From the NCBI GenBank assembly GCA_013265495.1, contig MU058418.1:1824917-1888916 (forward strand): 64,000 nucleotides of DNA. The letters run 5' to 3'. Shown in pieces: positions 56,501-64,000 of the stretch (positions are counted from its first letter, which is position 1; every line of letters starts with the position of its first letter). The DNA is from Vicugna vicugna. Taxonomy: Eukaryota. Made by a program: the position numbers and the translations under genes. The notes beneath the pieces were generated by a model. That model ran no database searches. It was not told where the DNA came from and was given only the letters and a program-made list of their open reading frames with translations.

Positions 56501-59500
56501 TTGTGCTTATTCAGATGGTTTGGTTTTCTTACCACTTACTTCCTTTTAGGGGGAAATAATACCAAACGTTCTTGTCTTTTACCCCTCTTTTAGTCTCTAT
56601 AAGGAATTGGCATGTGAGATGGGTTTTGAAGAGTTCCATTTGTATCTGAGGCCTGTTCACTTTGAATCTGCATCACATAAGGACAAGGTGGTCCATCCAC
56701 CCCCTGTCTTTATAACTTCTCTGCTGGAAGACAGTGATCGTGTAGACAGGTGAGCCTTGAGTGGGTCAAAGGAAAAAGAATGTAATGATAGAAATGATTT
56801 GCCAGTGAAAAATAATTTCATCACTGGACATGCAATTGCATTCTAGATTCTCTCCTTTATAATCTATTTGCCATGATGTCAATGTTTTTCTTTTTTCTTT
56901 CTTTTTTTCTTTTTTTTTTTAATAAAAGGAAGAACATAGGATTTTAATCAAGGGGGATAATTGGATTCAAAAACACAAAGTAACTGAGAAATGGAAGAAT
57001 CAGAGTAGAGAGCTCTAATGTGATGGAATCACAGGCTCAGCGGCCGTGCAGGGTGATCATGTTGTGTCCAGGTAGAAAGTGGTGTGAGGATTGGTCTCAT
57101 GGGGCAAGAAACGTGAATCAAAAGCCCAGGTCCCTGTTTGCACTTTCCCTGGGACCAGGAAGAAGTCAGTCAAGTTTTTTGAGTAGCTGTTTCCTCAAAA
57201 CTCTAACACAACGCACAAATCTGACGTGTGCGGCAGTATCTCAGTCAGGCTGTTGTGTTGGCCAGTGAAAGAAGCCAACTCAAATCAGTGAAACCTTTTT
57301 CATGCCCCATAGGTTTAGCCCATTGCCTGAAAGAAAATACTCTTACTAGTAACAAAATGTGAATCTACTCAGTGGGAGAAAGCAATCTTTTTCCCCTACA
57401 CAGTCAACCTTTGATGTTTACCCAGGAGAAACTTCCGTCTCCCTCTTCTTTCCTTCTCTGCTAGTCTGCCCGTCCCCTGAAGGTCAGAGCTCTATTCCTG
57501 GAGATTCCTGGTATGGATGGGCCCTACCTCAAGGAAAGTAAAGATGATTCCAAGGAGGGAAAGTCACCTTTGTTTTGCTAATGTGGATCACGCTCTAAAT
57601 ATAATAATATGCTAAAGGAGGTGCATAGGCTGGAATGGAGAGGGTATGAAGATGGAATACCGTATCCCAGAGTTTCTAAACCTCAGCACTATTGAAATTT
57701 GGAGCTGGAAAACTTTCTTGGAGGGGGCTGTCCTGTTCATCAGAGGTGGTTTAGCATCATCCCTGACCTCTACCTACCAAATGTCAGTAGTACCCCTTCC
57801 CCCATTTGTGACGATCGAAAATGTCTCCAGCCATTGCTATGTGTCCCCTGGAGGTAAAATCTCCCCTGCTCTATCCTGTCACACAACCTAAACCAAAAAG
57901 GCAATTTATTGGAAGGATACAGAGATACCTCATAGAAGCTGAAGTCAGGAAGTGTGATCGGACCTCAGGTGAGGCGAGGTCTCCAACCTGGAGCCAAGCT
58001 GTTTTCTGGCTCAACAAGGGCCTCTTCTCGGAGCTGGTATTTGAAGCTGCTGTGAAAATAGGGCATATTTTTGTTCAGCCAGAGTCAACCAATCAGCACA
58101 AACTGAATGTTCTGTGGCCTGGCCAAGTGGTGATTGGTCCTCCCAGTGATGACCCAGAGATCTTTTAAGATCTGAGGAGTTTTCTTTTTTTTTTTAAACA
58201 TTTTTTTTATTGAGTTATAGTCATTTTACAATGTTGTGTCAATTTCCAGTGTAAAGCACAATTTTTCAGTTATACATGAACATACACTCATTGTCATCTT
58301 CTTTTTCGCTGTGAAGCTACCACAAGATCTTGTATATATTTCCCTTTGCTATATAGTATAATCTTGTTTATCTATTCTGCATATGCCTGTCAGTATCTAC
58401 AAATTTTGAACTCCCAGTCTATCCCTTCCCCCCCCCTGCCCCCTTGGCAACCACAAGATTTTATTCTATGTCTTTAAGTTTGTTTCTTTTTTTTATTTAT
58501 TTTTTTTTTTTTTTTTAGATTCCACATATAAGTGATCTCATATGGTATTTTTCTTTTTCTGGCTTACTTCACTTAGAATGACATTCTCCAGGGACATCCA
58601 TGTTGCTGCAAATGGTGTTATGTTGTTGGTTTTTATGGCTGAATAGTATTCCATTGTATAAATATACCACATCTTCTTTATCCAGTCATCTGTTGATGGG
58701 CATTTAGGCTGTTTCCATGTCTTGGCTATTGTAAATAGTGCTGCTATGAACATTGGGGTGCAGGTGTCTTTTTTAAGTAGGGTTCCTTCTGGATATATGC
58801 CCAGGAGTGGGATTCCTGGGTCATACGGTAAGTCTATTCCTGGTCTTTTGAGGAATCTCCATACTGTTTTCCACAGTGGCTTCACCAAACTGCATTCCCA
58901 CCAGCAGTGTAGGAGGGTTCCCTTTTCTAAGATCTGAGGAGTTTTCTGAATTTCCAGGAGAAGGTTATACATCCAAGGACCTTGTGCATTGAATTTGCAT
59001 TTGTTTTATGTATGCTAATTTCTTCAAGTTATCACTTTGGAGTGATGTTCCAGCAACATATACCAAACATGAGCATAATGACATATTTTGAAAAGCACAT
59101 TCATGCATATTGTCTCACTTAATATTTGCCAGAACCCTACCAGAGAGGTGATACTTCATTTACAGATGAAACCAAGATTCACAGATATTAAATTACTTGA
59201 CAGAGTCTCCTAGTTATGGATGAAGGATGGTGTCCTGAGGCAGAAACATGGCTGCAAAGAACATTTAGATGATTGTTGGAGCCATGGGAGAGAGTGAGAG
59301 CTGACAGCATTTAGGAAGCGAACAAAGGGGGCCGAGTCAATGATGGGCCTGTGTAGGTGACATCAAGAAGGTAAGAGGGAAGACAGGAGAGAGCAGTGGA
59401 ATGGTGACCAAGAGAAAATATTTCAGATGCTCTGGGGTGTAGATGGTCACACAACAACAAACTGCAAGAAGATGAAGTCCAATAAGGCCTGAAAAGGCCC

Positions 59501-60620
59501 TGCACCCCATCAGTCTTTGGGTGGAAATGCTAAGCCTTGTATAAAATCTGTACTTGCTGTTACTACCAGTGTCTCAGAGCTGATCACATGTCACTCTGTC
59601 CCATCAGAACGGGCATCTCCTGGCTAATGGCACAGCACATCAAAACAGCGTTGTGTTTCTTCTTACAGATATTCTCCTGCGACTCTTGTCTTAGCCATCT
59701 CTGAGGTGGATGATAACCAAGTTGGCAGATTTAGTTTTTATACAAAGGAAGCCATTCTTAAGGTAAATTATTTGATTTTTTTTAAAGAAACTAAAATTGA
59801 GCAATTTTTTCATTTATTCCTTAAAAAAAAAGCATAATATTTAATTCGTATTAGTTTGACCCCCATATGTAAGAAAAGCTTCCAACTTCATTAATGATGA
59901 TGGCCTTGCCTTGTTTGATGTGTAACACCACTTGCAGTAACTTCTGTTTGATGTTAAAAAGAGGTGCATGTAGTGAACCATCTTACCAACTTTGGACGAA
60001 GTCTTTAAGATATGCACTTGTTATTGAAGATATGCACTTTCATCTGATCTTTTTTAATCGGATGCTATTTTTTCCTGCCACTCAAGTGGATTTCTTTGCT
60101 TCTATATGTGTGTGTGTAGGTCTGTATTTCTGTGATTTTTATATATTAATAATTAGTAATTTTGGTAGTTTTAACAAGAGCCTACCTCTGAGCACCTGTT
60201 TGCTAGTTTGTCAGAGCCTAGTCATCCTTTCCTGACCATTGGGGAAACCTGATGGCGCCCAGCTACCAGGAGCAAATCAGGCCTGGAGGCTGCCTTCATG
60301 GCATGAAATGCTGCTTAGGGAGAAAGCAGATTGGGACTTGTGGCTGAGGAGCAAGGATCTCAGGATATCCTGCAATTTGATCCATATATTTACACGTTGA
60401 GTAAGTCGTGATCTCCACCCTCAACTTCACCTCTTTCTTTATGAGGGAAATTCCTAATACCTTTTATGTTTTCTTCCTTTAGCTCCTGTCCCATTCAGGA
60501 GTGGAAAATTTGCAAGTGACCCTTGCATGCCAAGCTACTCAGAAAAATGCTTTAATGGTGGCTGTCCAGCAGGTGTCCTTCTATCACACTCCCCAAGGGG
60601 ACTGTCCCGCTGATGTCAAG
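2129..60620 (+). CDS. CCDC162: CCDC162/C6orf183-like (DUF4549) large uncharacterised coiled-coil protein; spliced CDS of 22 exons, 1095 codons in the window, 3'-incomplete
   Basis: 22 exons with GT-AG introns and matching phases sum to 3285 nt with no stop. An in-frame TAG (2123-2125) precedes ATG 2129. The gene structure is seen directly; the family identity is recalled from the N-terminal sequence and not verified by a search. Confidence 0.85.
3536..3800. repeat. (TTCC)n/(TTTC)n polypyrimidine compound microsatellite
   Basis: about 260 bp of nearly pure C/T. Confidence 0.95.
5449..5521 (+). CDS. CCDC162: coding exon 2: (S)[24 protein letters not shown]
   Basis: ttttctgcag| ... CAG|gtgagt; 73 nt, phase 2 to 0. 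Confidence 0.9.
5907..6017 (+). CDS. CCDC162: coding exon 3: [37 protein letters not shown]
   Basis: gttcag| ... CAG|gtaaca; 111 nt; inside ORF 5751..6164. Confidence 0.92.
6928..7151 (+). mobile_element. MER20 (hAT-Charlie) non-autonomous DNA transposon
   Basis: ggggacatttggcaatgtc...gtcaatagtgctgagggtgagaaacc matches the recalled MER20 consensus. Confidence 0.85.
7170..8810 (-). mobile_element. old L1M 5'/ORF1-region fragment, antisense
   Basis: T-rich, with tgctccactgtcttctggctttcatagtttct and similar L1M motifs. Confidence 0.7.
9263..9376 (+). CDS. CCDC162: coding exon 4: [38 protein letters not shown]
   Basis: tttattaaag| ... AAG|gtagga; 114 nt, phase 0 to 0. Confidence 0.9.
9450..10030 (-). 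mobile_element. L1MA-like 3' end, antisense
   Basis: agattccacatataagtga; gggattgctggatcatatggtagttctatttttaattttttgagg. Confidence 0.85.
10461..10655 (+). CDS. CCDC162: coding exon 5: [28 protein letters not shown]...[10 protein letters not shown]
   Basis: ctcttaaccag| ... CAG|gtatgt; 195 nt; inside ORF 10419..10670. Confidence 0.92.
11803..11956 (+). CDS. CCDC162: coding exon 6: [23 protein letters not shown]...GSVNTSIS
   Basis: cccttctctag| ... CAG|gtaaga; 154 nt, phase 0 to 1. Confidence 0.9.
12920..13077 (+). CDS. CCDC162: coding exon 7: (G)[36 protein letters not shown]...EIELLFL
   Basis: ttttttcag| ... TTG|gtactt (weak donor); 158 nt, phase 1 to 0. Confidence 0.85.
14742..14950 (+). 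mobile_element. MER58A (hAT-Charlie)
   Basis: gggtcagcaaac...aaaatatttactatctggccctttaagaataagtttgcc. Confidence 0.85.
14961..15174 (+). mobile_element. MER3 (hAT-Charlie)
   Basis: cacatgtggctatcgagcacttgaaatgtgg...tattggacagcacag. Confidence 0.85.
16087..16239 (+). CDS. CCDC162: coding exon 8: [24 protein letters not shown]...[11 protein letters not shown]
   Basis: long pyrimidine tract then gtttag| ... AAG|gtaagg; 153 nt. Confidence 0.92.
16780..17397 (+). mobile_element. MER82-like (TcMar-Tigger) DNA transposon, near full length
   Basis: terminal inverted repeats agctgattctcattatt / gaataaagagaatcaactg followed by ta; internal ggggaaatacagggttagg. Confidence 0.8.
18051..18152 (+). CDS. 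CCDC162: coding exon 9: [34 protein letters not shown]
   Basis: tgtccactag| ... AAG|gtaaaa; 102 nt. Confidence 0.88.
18450..19680. mobile_element. cluster of L1 3' fragments: L1MB-like (-), artiodactyl-type L1 tail (-), L1MC-like (+), L1MB-like (-)
   Basis: several recognisable L1 3'UTR motifs in alternating orientation. Confidence 0.75.
19949..20110 (+). CDS. CCDC162: coding exon 10: [21 protein letters not shown]...[12 protein letters not shown]
   Basis: pyrimidine tract then tacttgag| (rare GAG acceptor) ... CAG|gtataa; 162 nt. Confidence 0.85.
22604..23212 (-). mobile_element. young lineage-specific L1, 5'-truncated, with 13-bp TSD
   Basis: TSD taaaaagacattt at 22591-22603 and 23213-23225; (TTTTA)n tail; ORF2 C-terminus [25 protein letters not shown]. 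Confidence 0.95.
24036..24209 (+). other. candidate alternative terminal coding exon ([57 protein letters not shown])
   Basis: aattttag| is followed by 57 open codons in phase 0, matching the exon 10 donor, then TGA; the pyrimidine tract is weak. Confidence 0.3.
24265..25370 (-). mobile_element. old L1MC/L1ME 3' fragments
   Basis: tttagatttacagaaaagttgcaaagatagta and similar motifs. Confidence 0.65.
27280..27775. mobile_element. old MaLR LTR (MLT1K/L-like)
   Basis: cattggccattagtcatatagctccacctagctacaagagaggctgggacatgtaatcttt. Confidence 0.65.
28677..28789 (+). CDS. CCDC162: coding exon 11: [37 protein letters not shown] (acidic, likely disordered linker)
   Basis: branch-like ctaat, then tttttgctag| ... 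AGG|gtaaaa; 113 nt, phase 0 to 2, needed to put exon 12 in phase. Confidence 0.85.
29161..29296 (+). CDS. CCDC162: coding exon 12: (G)[17 protein letters not shown]...[18 protein letters not shown]
   Basis: cccgctgaag| ... CAG|gtatga; 136 nt, phase 2 to 0. Confidence 0.9.
29552..29755 (+). CDS. CCDC162: coding exon 13: [24 protein letters not shown]...[12 protein letters not shown]
   Basis: ctttgtttcag| ... AAG|gtgagg; 204 nt; inside ORF 29453..29839. Confidence 0.92.
30582..31475 (+). mobile_element. MER33 (hAT-Charlie), interrupted by an LTR at 30718-31289
   Basis: agtgctgtccaagagaaat...ttttctagtagccacatt and tcaagtgctcaatagccacatgtg; the two halves rejoin across the LTR. Confidence 0.85.
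30718..31289 (-). mobile_element. young ERV2 (betaretrovirus-like) solo LTR, 572 bp
   Basis: TG...CA ends; 6-bp TSD caaaat at 30712-30717 and 31290-31295; minus-strand TATAAAA (30872-30878) and AATAAA (30855-30860); CpG-rich. Confidence 0.9.
32700..34540. mobile_element. L2 fragments with an embedded old MLT1 LTR (about 33350-33690)
   Basis: tcattcattc tail; gagttttgagcaggagagtgatgtgatttgactt L2 motifs. Confidence 0.7.
36445..37195 (+). mobile_element. L1MB-like 3' end, sense, preceded by (TA)n
   Basis: ORF2-like [16 protein letters not shown]; tgcaagatgaaaagtgttctgga 3'UTR. Confidence 0.85.
37239..37465. mobile_element. MER96B-like (hAT-Tip100)
   Basis: ttcttaacctttttttcattattgc...tgtgctttatacataaaaagagtaag...ttgagaatgca. 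Confidence 0.7.
37600..39120 (-). mobile_element. L2 LINE remnant
   Basis: purine-rich; aggaagtaaaatcaacaagacttggtgatagactggatgtg. Confidence 0.7.
39261..39710 (-). mobile_element. MLT1C-like MaLR LTR
   Basis: tgtactagtttcctggggctgcc...ggggggacactattcaaccc. Confidence 0.85.
39819..39940. repeat. perfect 57-bp direct repeat with an 8-bp spacer, inside a MIR
   Basis: 39819-39875 is identical to 39884-39940. Confidence 0.95.
40301..40493 (+). CDS. CCDC162: coding exon 14: [19 protein letters not shown]...[20 protein letters not shown]
   Basis: ctttcaccag| ... AAG|gtcaga; 193 nt, phase 0 to 1. Confidence 0.9.
41992..42107 (-). mobile_element. camelid Vic-1-like tRNA-derived SINE, 5'-truncated, with 14-bp TSD
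   Basis: gattgaacccaggacctcgtgcatgctaagcatgcactctacc (reverse B-box); TSD ttaaattagtcttt at 41978-41991 and 42108-42121. Confidence 0.85.
42354..42481 (+). CDS. CCDC162: coding exon 15: (G)[42 protein letters not shown]
   Basis: cttctctcctag| ... CAG|gtattt; 128 nt, phase 1 to 0. Confidence 0.9.
42850..43500 (-). mobile_element. L2 remnant
   Basis: purine-rich, degenerate L2 motifs. Confidence 0.55.
44520..44573. repeat. poly(A)-rich tract
   Basis: about 54 nt of A with interspersed G. Confidence 0.9.
45062..45174 (-). mobile_element. MER53-like hAT MITE, internally deleted
   Basis: terminal inverted repeats tagggttgccag / ctggcaatccta. Confidence 0.8.
47799..47999 (+). CDS. CCDC162: coding exon 16: [31 protein letters not shown]...LVRGLLNQH
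   Basis: ttatttgcag| ... CAT|gtgagt; 201 nt. Confidence 0.92.
48695..48816 (+). CDS. CCDC162: coding exon 17: [40 protein letters not shown]
   Basis: acatttctag| ... CTG|gtaagt; 122 nt, phase 0 to 2. Confidence 0.9.
50698..50926 (+). CDS. CCDC162: coding exon 18: (C)[19 protein letters not shown]...[12 protein letters not shown]
   Basis: ctcttcattaag| ... GAT|gtatgt; 229 nt, phase 2 to 0. Confidence 0.9.
51900..52990 (-). mobile_element. ancient L1ME-like fragment with a TA-rich simple repeat
   Basis: degenerate antisense L1 3' motifs. Confidence 0.5.
53795..54045. mobile_element. MIR SINE
   Basis: ctcaacaaccctgtga...agatgaggaaactgagac core. Confidence 0.8.
54121..54323 (+). CDS. CCDC162: coding exon 19: [19 protein letters not shown]...[19 protein letters not shown]
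   Basis: tttctttcag| ... ACG|gtcagt; 203 nt, phase 0 to 2. Confidence 0.9.
55420..55823 (+). mobile_element. MLT1B-like MaLR LTR
   Basis: gaattgtgtcccc...agaatgtgaccttatttggagataggg...tagcagcctaacaaactaata. Confidence 0.85.
56594..56749 (+). CDS. CCDC162: coding exon 20: (R)[24 protein letters not shown]...[12 protein letters not shown]
   Basis: cctcttttag| ... CAG|gtgagc; 156 nt, phase 2 to 2. Confidence 0.9.
57668..57870 (-). mobile_element. MER20 (hAT-Charlie)
   Basis: tttctaaacctcagcactattga...aaaatgtctccagccattgc. Confidence 0.8.
58186..58927 (-). mobile_element. young lineage-specific L1, 5'-truncated, with 20-bp TSD
   Basis: TSD taagatctgaggagttttct at 58166-58185 and 58928-58947; open ORF2 C-terminus (ORF 58538..58972). 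Confidence 0.95.
59669..59762 (+). CDS. CCDC162: coding exon 21: (R)[31 protein letters not shown]
   Basis: ttcttacag| ... AAG|gtaaat; 94 nt, phase 2 to 0. Confidence 0.9.
60483..60620 (+). CDS. CCDC162: coding exon 22: [46 protein letters not shown]
   Basis: ttcttcctttag| ... AAG|gtcagt; 138 nt; no stop, so the gene continues beyond the window. Confidence 0.88.
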
Positions 60621-60689
60621 GTCAGTCTGTAACAAGATAAGAGAAGCCTGAGGCATGATACCACTATCGCCAGCTTCTGTCGGGCTGCC

Positions 60690-60850
60690 ACATCCTTCCC
60701 TCCCTCCCCCTCCCTACTTCCCACCTTCCCTGTCTCCCTCCACCCTCCTTTCCTTCCCCCCATCCTCCACTTTTCCCTCCTTCTCTTTCTCTCTCTTTTC
60801 CCTTTTTCCCTCTTCTTCCTTCCCTCTTTCCCTCCCTTCCTTCTTTCCCT
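60690..60850. repeat. C/T low-complexity tract
   Basis: degenerate (CCTT)n/(CCCT)n. Confidence 0.85.
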
Positions 60851-61134
60851 ATAAGAACCAAAACATGATCGAGTCCTTACTGGGTCTCTTAAGTTTTCAG
60901 CTATTTGCTGGTCATTTTTCCTTTGTGCATGACTCTGTAATATTGACTAGCTAGAATCAACCAGCAGAAAATGTCCTGTTCCTCCACCCCTACCCTTTGT
61001 AGATAAATGGTTCCATTGTTTTTTGTTTTATCCTTCCTGTATTTCTTTTTGCAAAAGTAAGCAGATACATTTGCCCTTCTTTTTTTTCCACAAAAGGTAA
61101 CCCAAAGTATATCCTCTTTTATCCCTAGATTTTT

Positions 61135-63165
61135 TTAGTTATTATTAAGATGTAATTCACATAACATAAAATTCACTCCTTTAAAGTGTGTAATTCATAA
61201 GATCATGCAATTATCACCACTGTCTAATTCCAGAACGTTTTCCTCATTCTCAGAATAAATCTTGTACTCATTACCAGTCACTCTCCAACCCCCATTTCCC
61301 TCAACTAGTAATTCACTTTCTGTCTCTATAGATTGCCTATTCTGGACATTTCATATGAGTGGAATCATACAATATACAACCTTTTATGTCTGAATTTTTT
61401 CACTTAGCATAGTGTTTTTAAGTTTCATCTATGTTGTAGCATGTACCCATACTTCATTTTTTTAATGATGAATAATATTCTGTTATATGGGTGTACCACA
61501 TTTTGTTTATCCATTCATCAGTTGACAGATACTGGGTTGTTTTTACTTTTTGACTATTATGAGTAATGCAGCTATGAACTTTCATGTACAGGTTTTTGTA
61601 AGGACATATATGTTTTGAGTTTTGCTAACACTTGTTATTGGCTTTTTTTTTAAAGCCATCCTAGTCAGGGCAAAATGATATCTCATTGTAGCTTTGATTT
61701 GTATTTCTCTAATTACTAACATTGAGCATCTTTTCATGCGCTTATTAGCTATTTGTATGTCTTCATTGGAGAAATGTCTATTCAAATCATTTGCCCTTTT
61801 ATAAAATTGGGTTTTTTTGTTTTTTTATTAGTGAGTTGTAAGAGTCCATTACACATTCCCAATATACTTTCGTTATCCAGTGTATGATTTGCAAATATTT
61901 TTTCCCATTCTGAGGGTCGTCTTCTCATTTTCTTGATGGTGCTCTTTGAAACAGAAGATTTCATTTTAATGAGTCCAATTTACCAGTCACTTGTTGTCAC
62001 TTGTTCTTTTTGGTGTCATGTTTAGGAAACCATTATTTAGTCCACAGTCATGAAGATTTACTCCTATGTTTTCTTCTAAAAATTTTGTAGTTTTAGCTCT
62101 TACATTCAGGTCTGTGGTCCATTTTTGGTTAATTTTTGAATGCAGTGTGAGGTAGGGGGTCCAACTTTATTCTTTTGAGTGTAGTTATTCAGCTGTCTCA
62201 GTATAATTTATTGAAAAAGACTCATCTTTCCCCATTGAATTGTTCTGGCACCCTTGTCAAAAATCCATTGACCATTAATGTAACAGTGTGTTTATGGACC
62301 CTCAACTCTGTTCCATTGATCTGTATGTCTGTTTTTATGCCAGTACCACTATGTTTTGACTACTGCAGACCTGTGGTAAGTTTTGAATTTAAGAAGTATG
62401 AGTCCTCCAACTTTGTTCTTTTTCAAGATTTCTTCAGCTATTTTGAGTTCATTGCCATTTTTATGTAAATTTTAGGGTCACCTTATCAATTTCTGCGAAA
62501 AAGAAAAAAAGCCATTTGGGAATTTGGCAGGGATTGCATTGAATCTGTAGATCAGTTTGAGTACCATTGCACCTTAACAATGTTAAGTCTTCTGATCCAT
62601 GAACATGGAATGTCTTTTCATTTATTTAGGTCTTCTTTAATTTCTTTCAACAGTATTTTATAGTTTTCAGTGTACAGATCCTGTACTTCTATGGTTAAAT
62701 TAATTCAAAAATATTTTATTCTTTTTTATATTATTATAAATGGATTGTTTTCTTAATTCTGTTTTCAGTGTTCATTACTAGTGTATAGAAATACAATTGA
62801 TCTTGTATCTTGCAACCTTTCTAAACTTGTAAATAGCTTAGTTGTGTGGATATGTATGTATTCCTTAGGATCTTCTATATAAAAGATTATGTCATCTGCA
62901 AATAGAGATAGATTTACTTGTTTCATTTCACTCTGGATGCCCTTTATTACTTTTTCTTGCCTAATTGCCCAGCTAGATCCTCCAGTACAGGTTCAATAGA
63001 AATAGTGAGAGTGGATATTATTCCTGATCTTAAGGGAAAATTTTCAATCTTTCACCATTAAATATGATGTTAGCCATGAGTTTTTCTTAGATAACTTTTA
63101 CCAGGTTGAGGACATTGCTTCTATTCCCAGCTGGTTGATGATTTTATCATGAAGGGGTTTAGGAT
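61135..63165 (-). mobile_element. L1MB-like 3' 2 kb, antisense, inside an older L1 fragment
   Basis: ORF2 remnants WEKIFANH and [15 protein letters not shown]; 3'UTR at the left end. Confidence 0.85.
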
Positions 63166-64000
63166 TTTATCTATATGTAATACTCTTTTGCATTTTGTTT
63201 TTTTCATGTAACAGTATATCCTGGAAATCACTCCAAATAAGTTCATAGAGATCCCTCCCATTTTTTAAAACAGCTATATAGTTCTCTCTTGTGTGTACAT
63301 ATTGGTGAATGTAATTTAAGTGTAAAATTAAATACAATTTTAGGAAATCAACTTTCCAGATGATCTTAAACATTCTTTAAGCCTTATGGATTCTATATAG
63401 CTCACTACATTTATCCTTTATCACATTTATTTATTACCTCTGTTTATCTATTTCTACTCTTCATATTAATGAGAGTATTAATTTATGAGTATGGCAAGAA
63501 TACCCAATCCCCATTTCTATTGCCAAATACTAATTTCCATAGAAATCAAATACTGAAGTAGAAAATAGGGATAGAGTGAGTTATATTGATTTTTAAAAAT
63601 TCAACTCCCAAAATCTTAATTCAGTACTTACTTTAAGTTAGGCTCATCAGATAATACTGAAGTATGGTTCACATTCCTGAGGACCTTATATCCGGTGTAT
63701 AAAAGGGGGACAGGCCCATAAGTGGTTCAAATACAAGACATAAAAGAGGTTCACAAGCTATAGAAGGAATTTAAAGAAAAGAGAGGTCACATCTGGGGAA
63801 CCAGGAGGGGAAGCACAGAGTGGAGCCATTTGGGAAAACTTGAAGAATGAGTTTTTTAATGGGCAGAGATGACCATATGATCATTCTAAGTAGAGAGAAG
63901 ACCTTTCAGATACTCAGGCATAGGCATATGAAAGGGCAGAAGGGTACTAGGGAAAAAGTGAGAGGCCCAGCTTGATCCCACCTGTGGTTTTCATGCATAG

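Noticed and set aside
58538..58972. 144-aa ORF, and the similar ORF at 22994..23260
   Set aside because: C-terminal fragments of L1 ORF2 in 5'-truncated copies, not host genes
2129..60620. Calling the gene a pseudogene by analogy with human CCDC162P
   Set aside because: No stop, frameshift or non-GT/AG site was found in the 22 exons inside the window
60655..60954. Pro/Ser/Phe-rich ORF after exon 22
   Set aside because: Low-complexity C/T tract
61582..61964. Adjacent - strand ORFs
   Set aside because: Frameshifted remnants of old L1 ORF2

Overview
This is mammalian genomic DNA, most likely from a camelid, judging by a Vic-1-like tRNA-derived SINE and young L1 3' ends. One + strand multi-exon gene dominates the window. 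By hand I assembled 22 coding exons from ATG 2129 to the donor after 60620. All introns are GT-AG and all phases match, giving 3285 nt, or 1095 uninterrupted codons with no stop, and the gene runs on past the window. The protein ([23 protein letters not shown]...[52 protein letters not shown]...) is recognised from memory, not from a database search, as the CCDC162/C6orf183 (DUF4549) family. That family is uncharacterised and is annotated as a pseudogene in human (CCDC162P). The introns hold old eutherian repeats (L1M, L2, MIR, MLT1, MER DNA transposons). They also hold young lineage-specific insertions: two 5'-truncated L1s with TSDs, a SINE with a TSD, and a CpG-rich betaretrovirus-like solo LTR nested in a MER33. 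Other notable items are a candidate in-frame alternative terminal exon in intron 10, a rare GAG splice acceptor and a perfect 57-bp duplication. Most ORFs in the supplied track are repeat or low-complexity artefacts. Repeat subfamily names come from recalled consensus sequences, and boundaries of old repeats are approximate.
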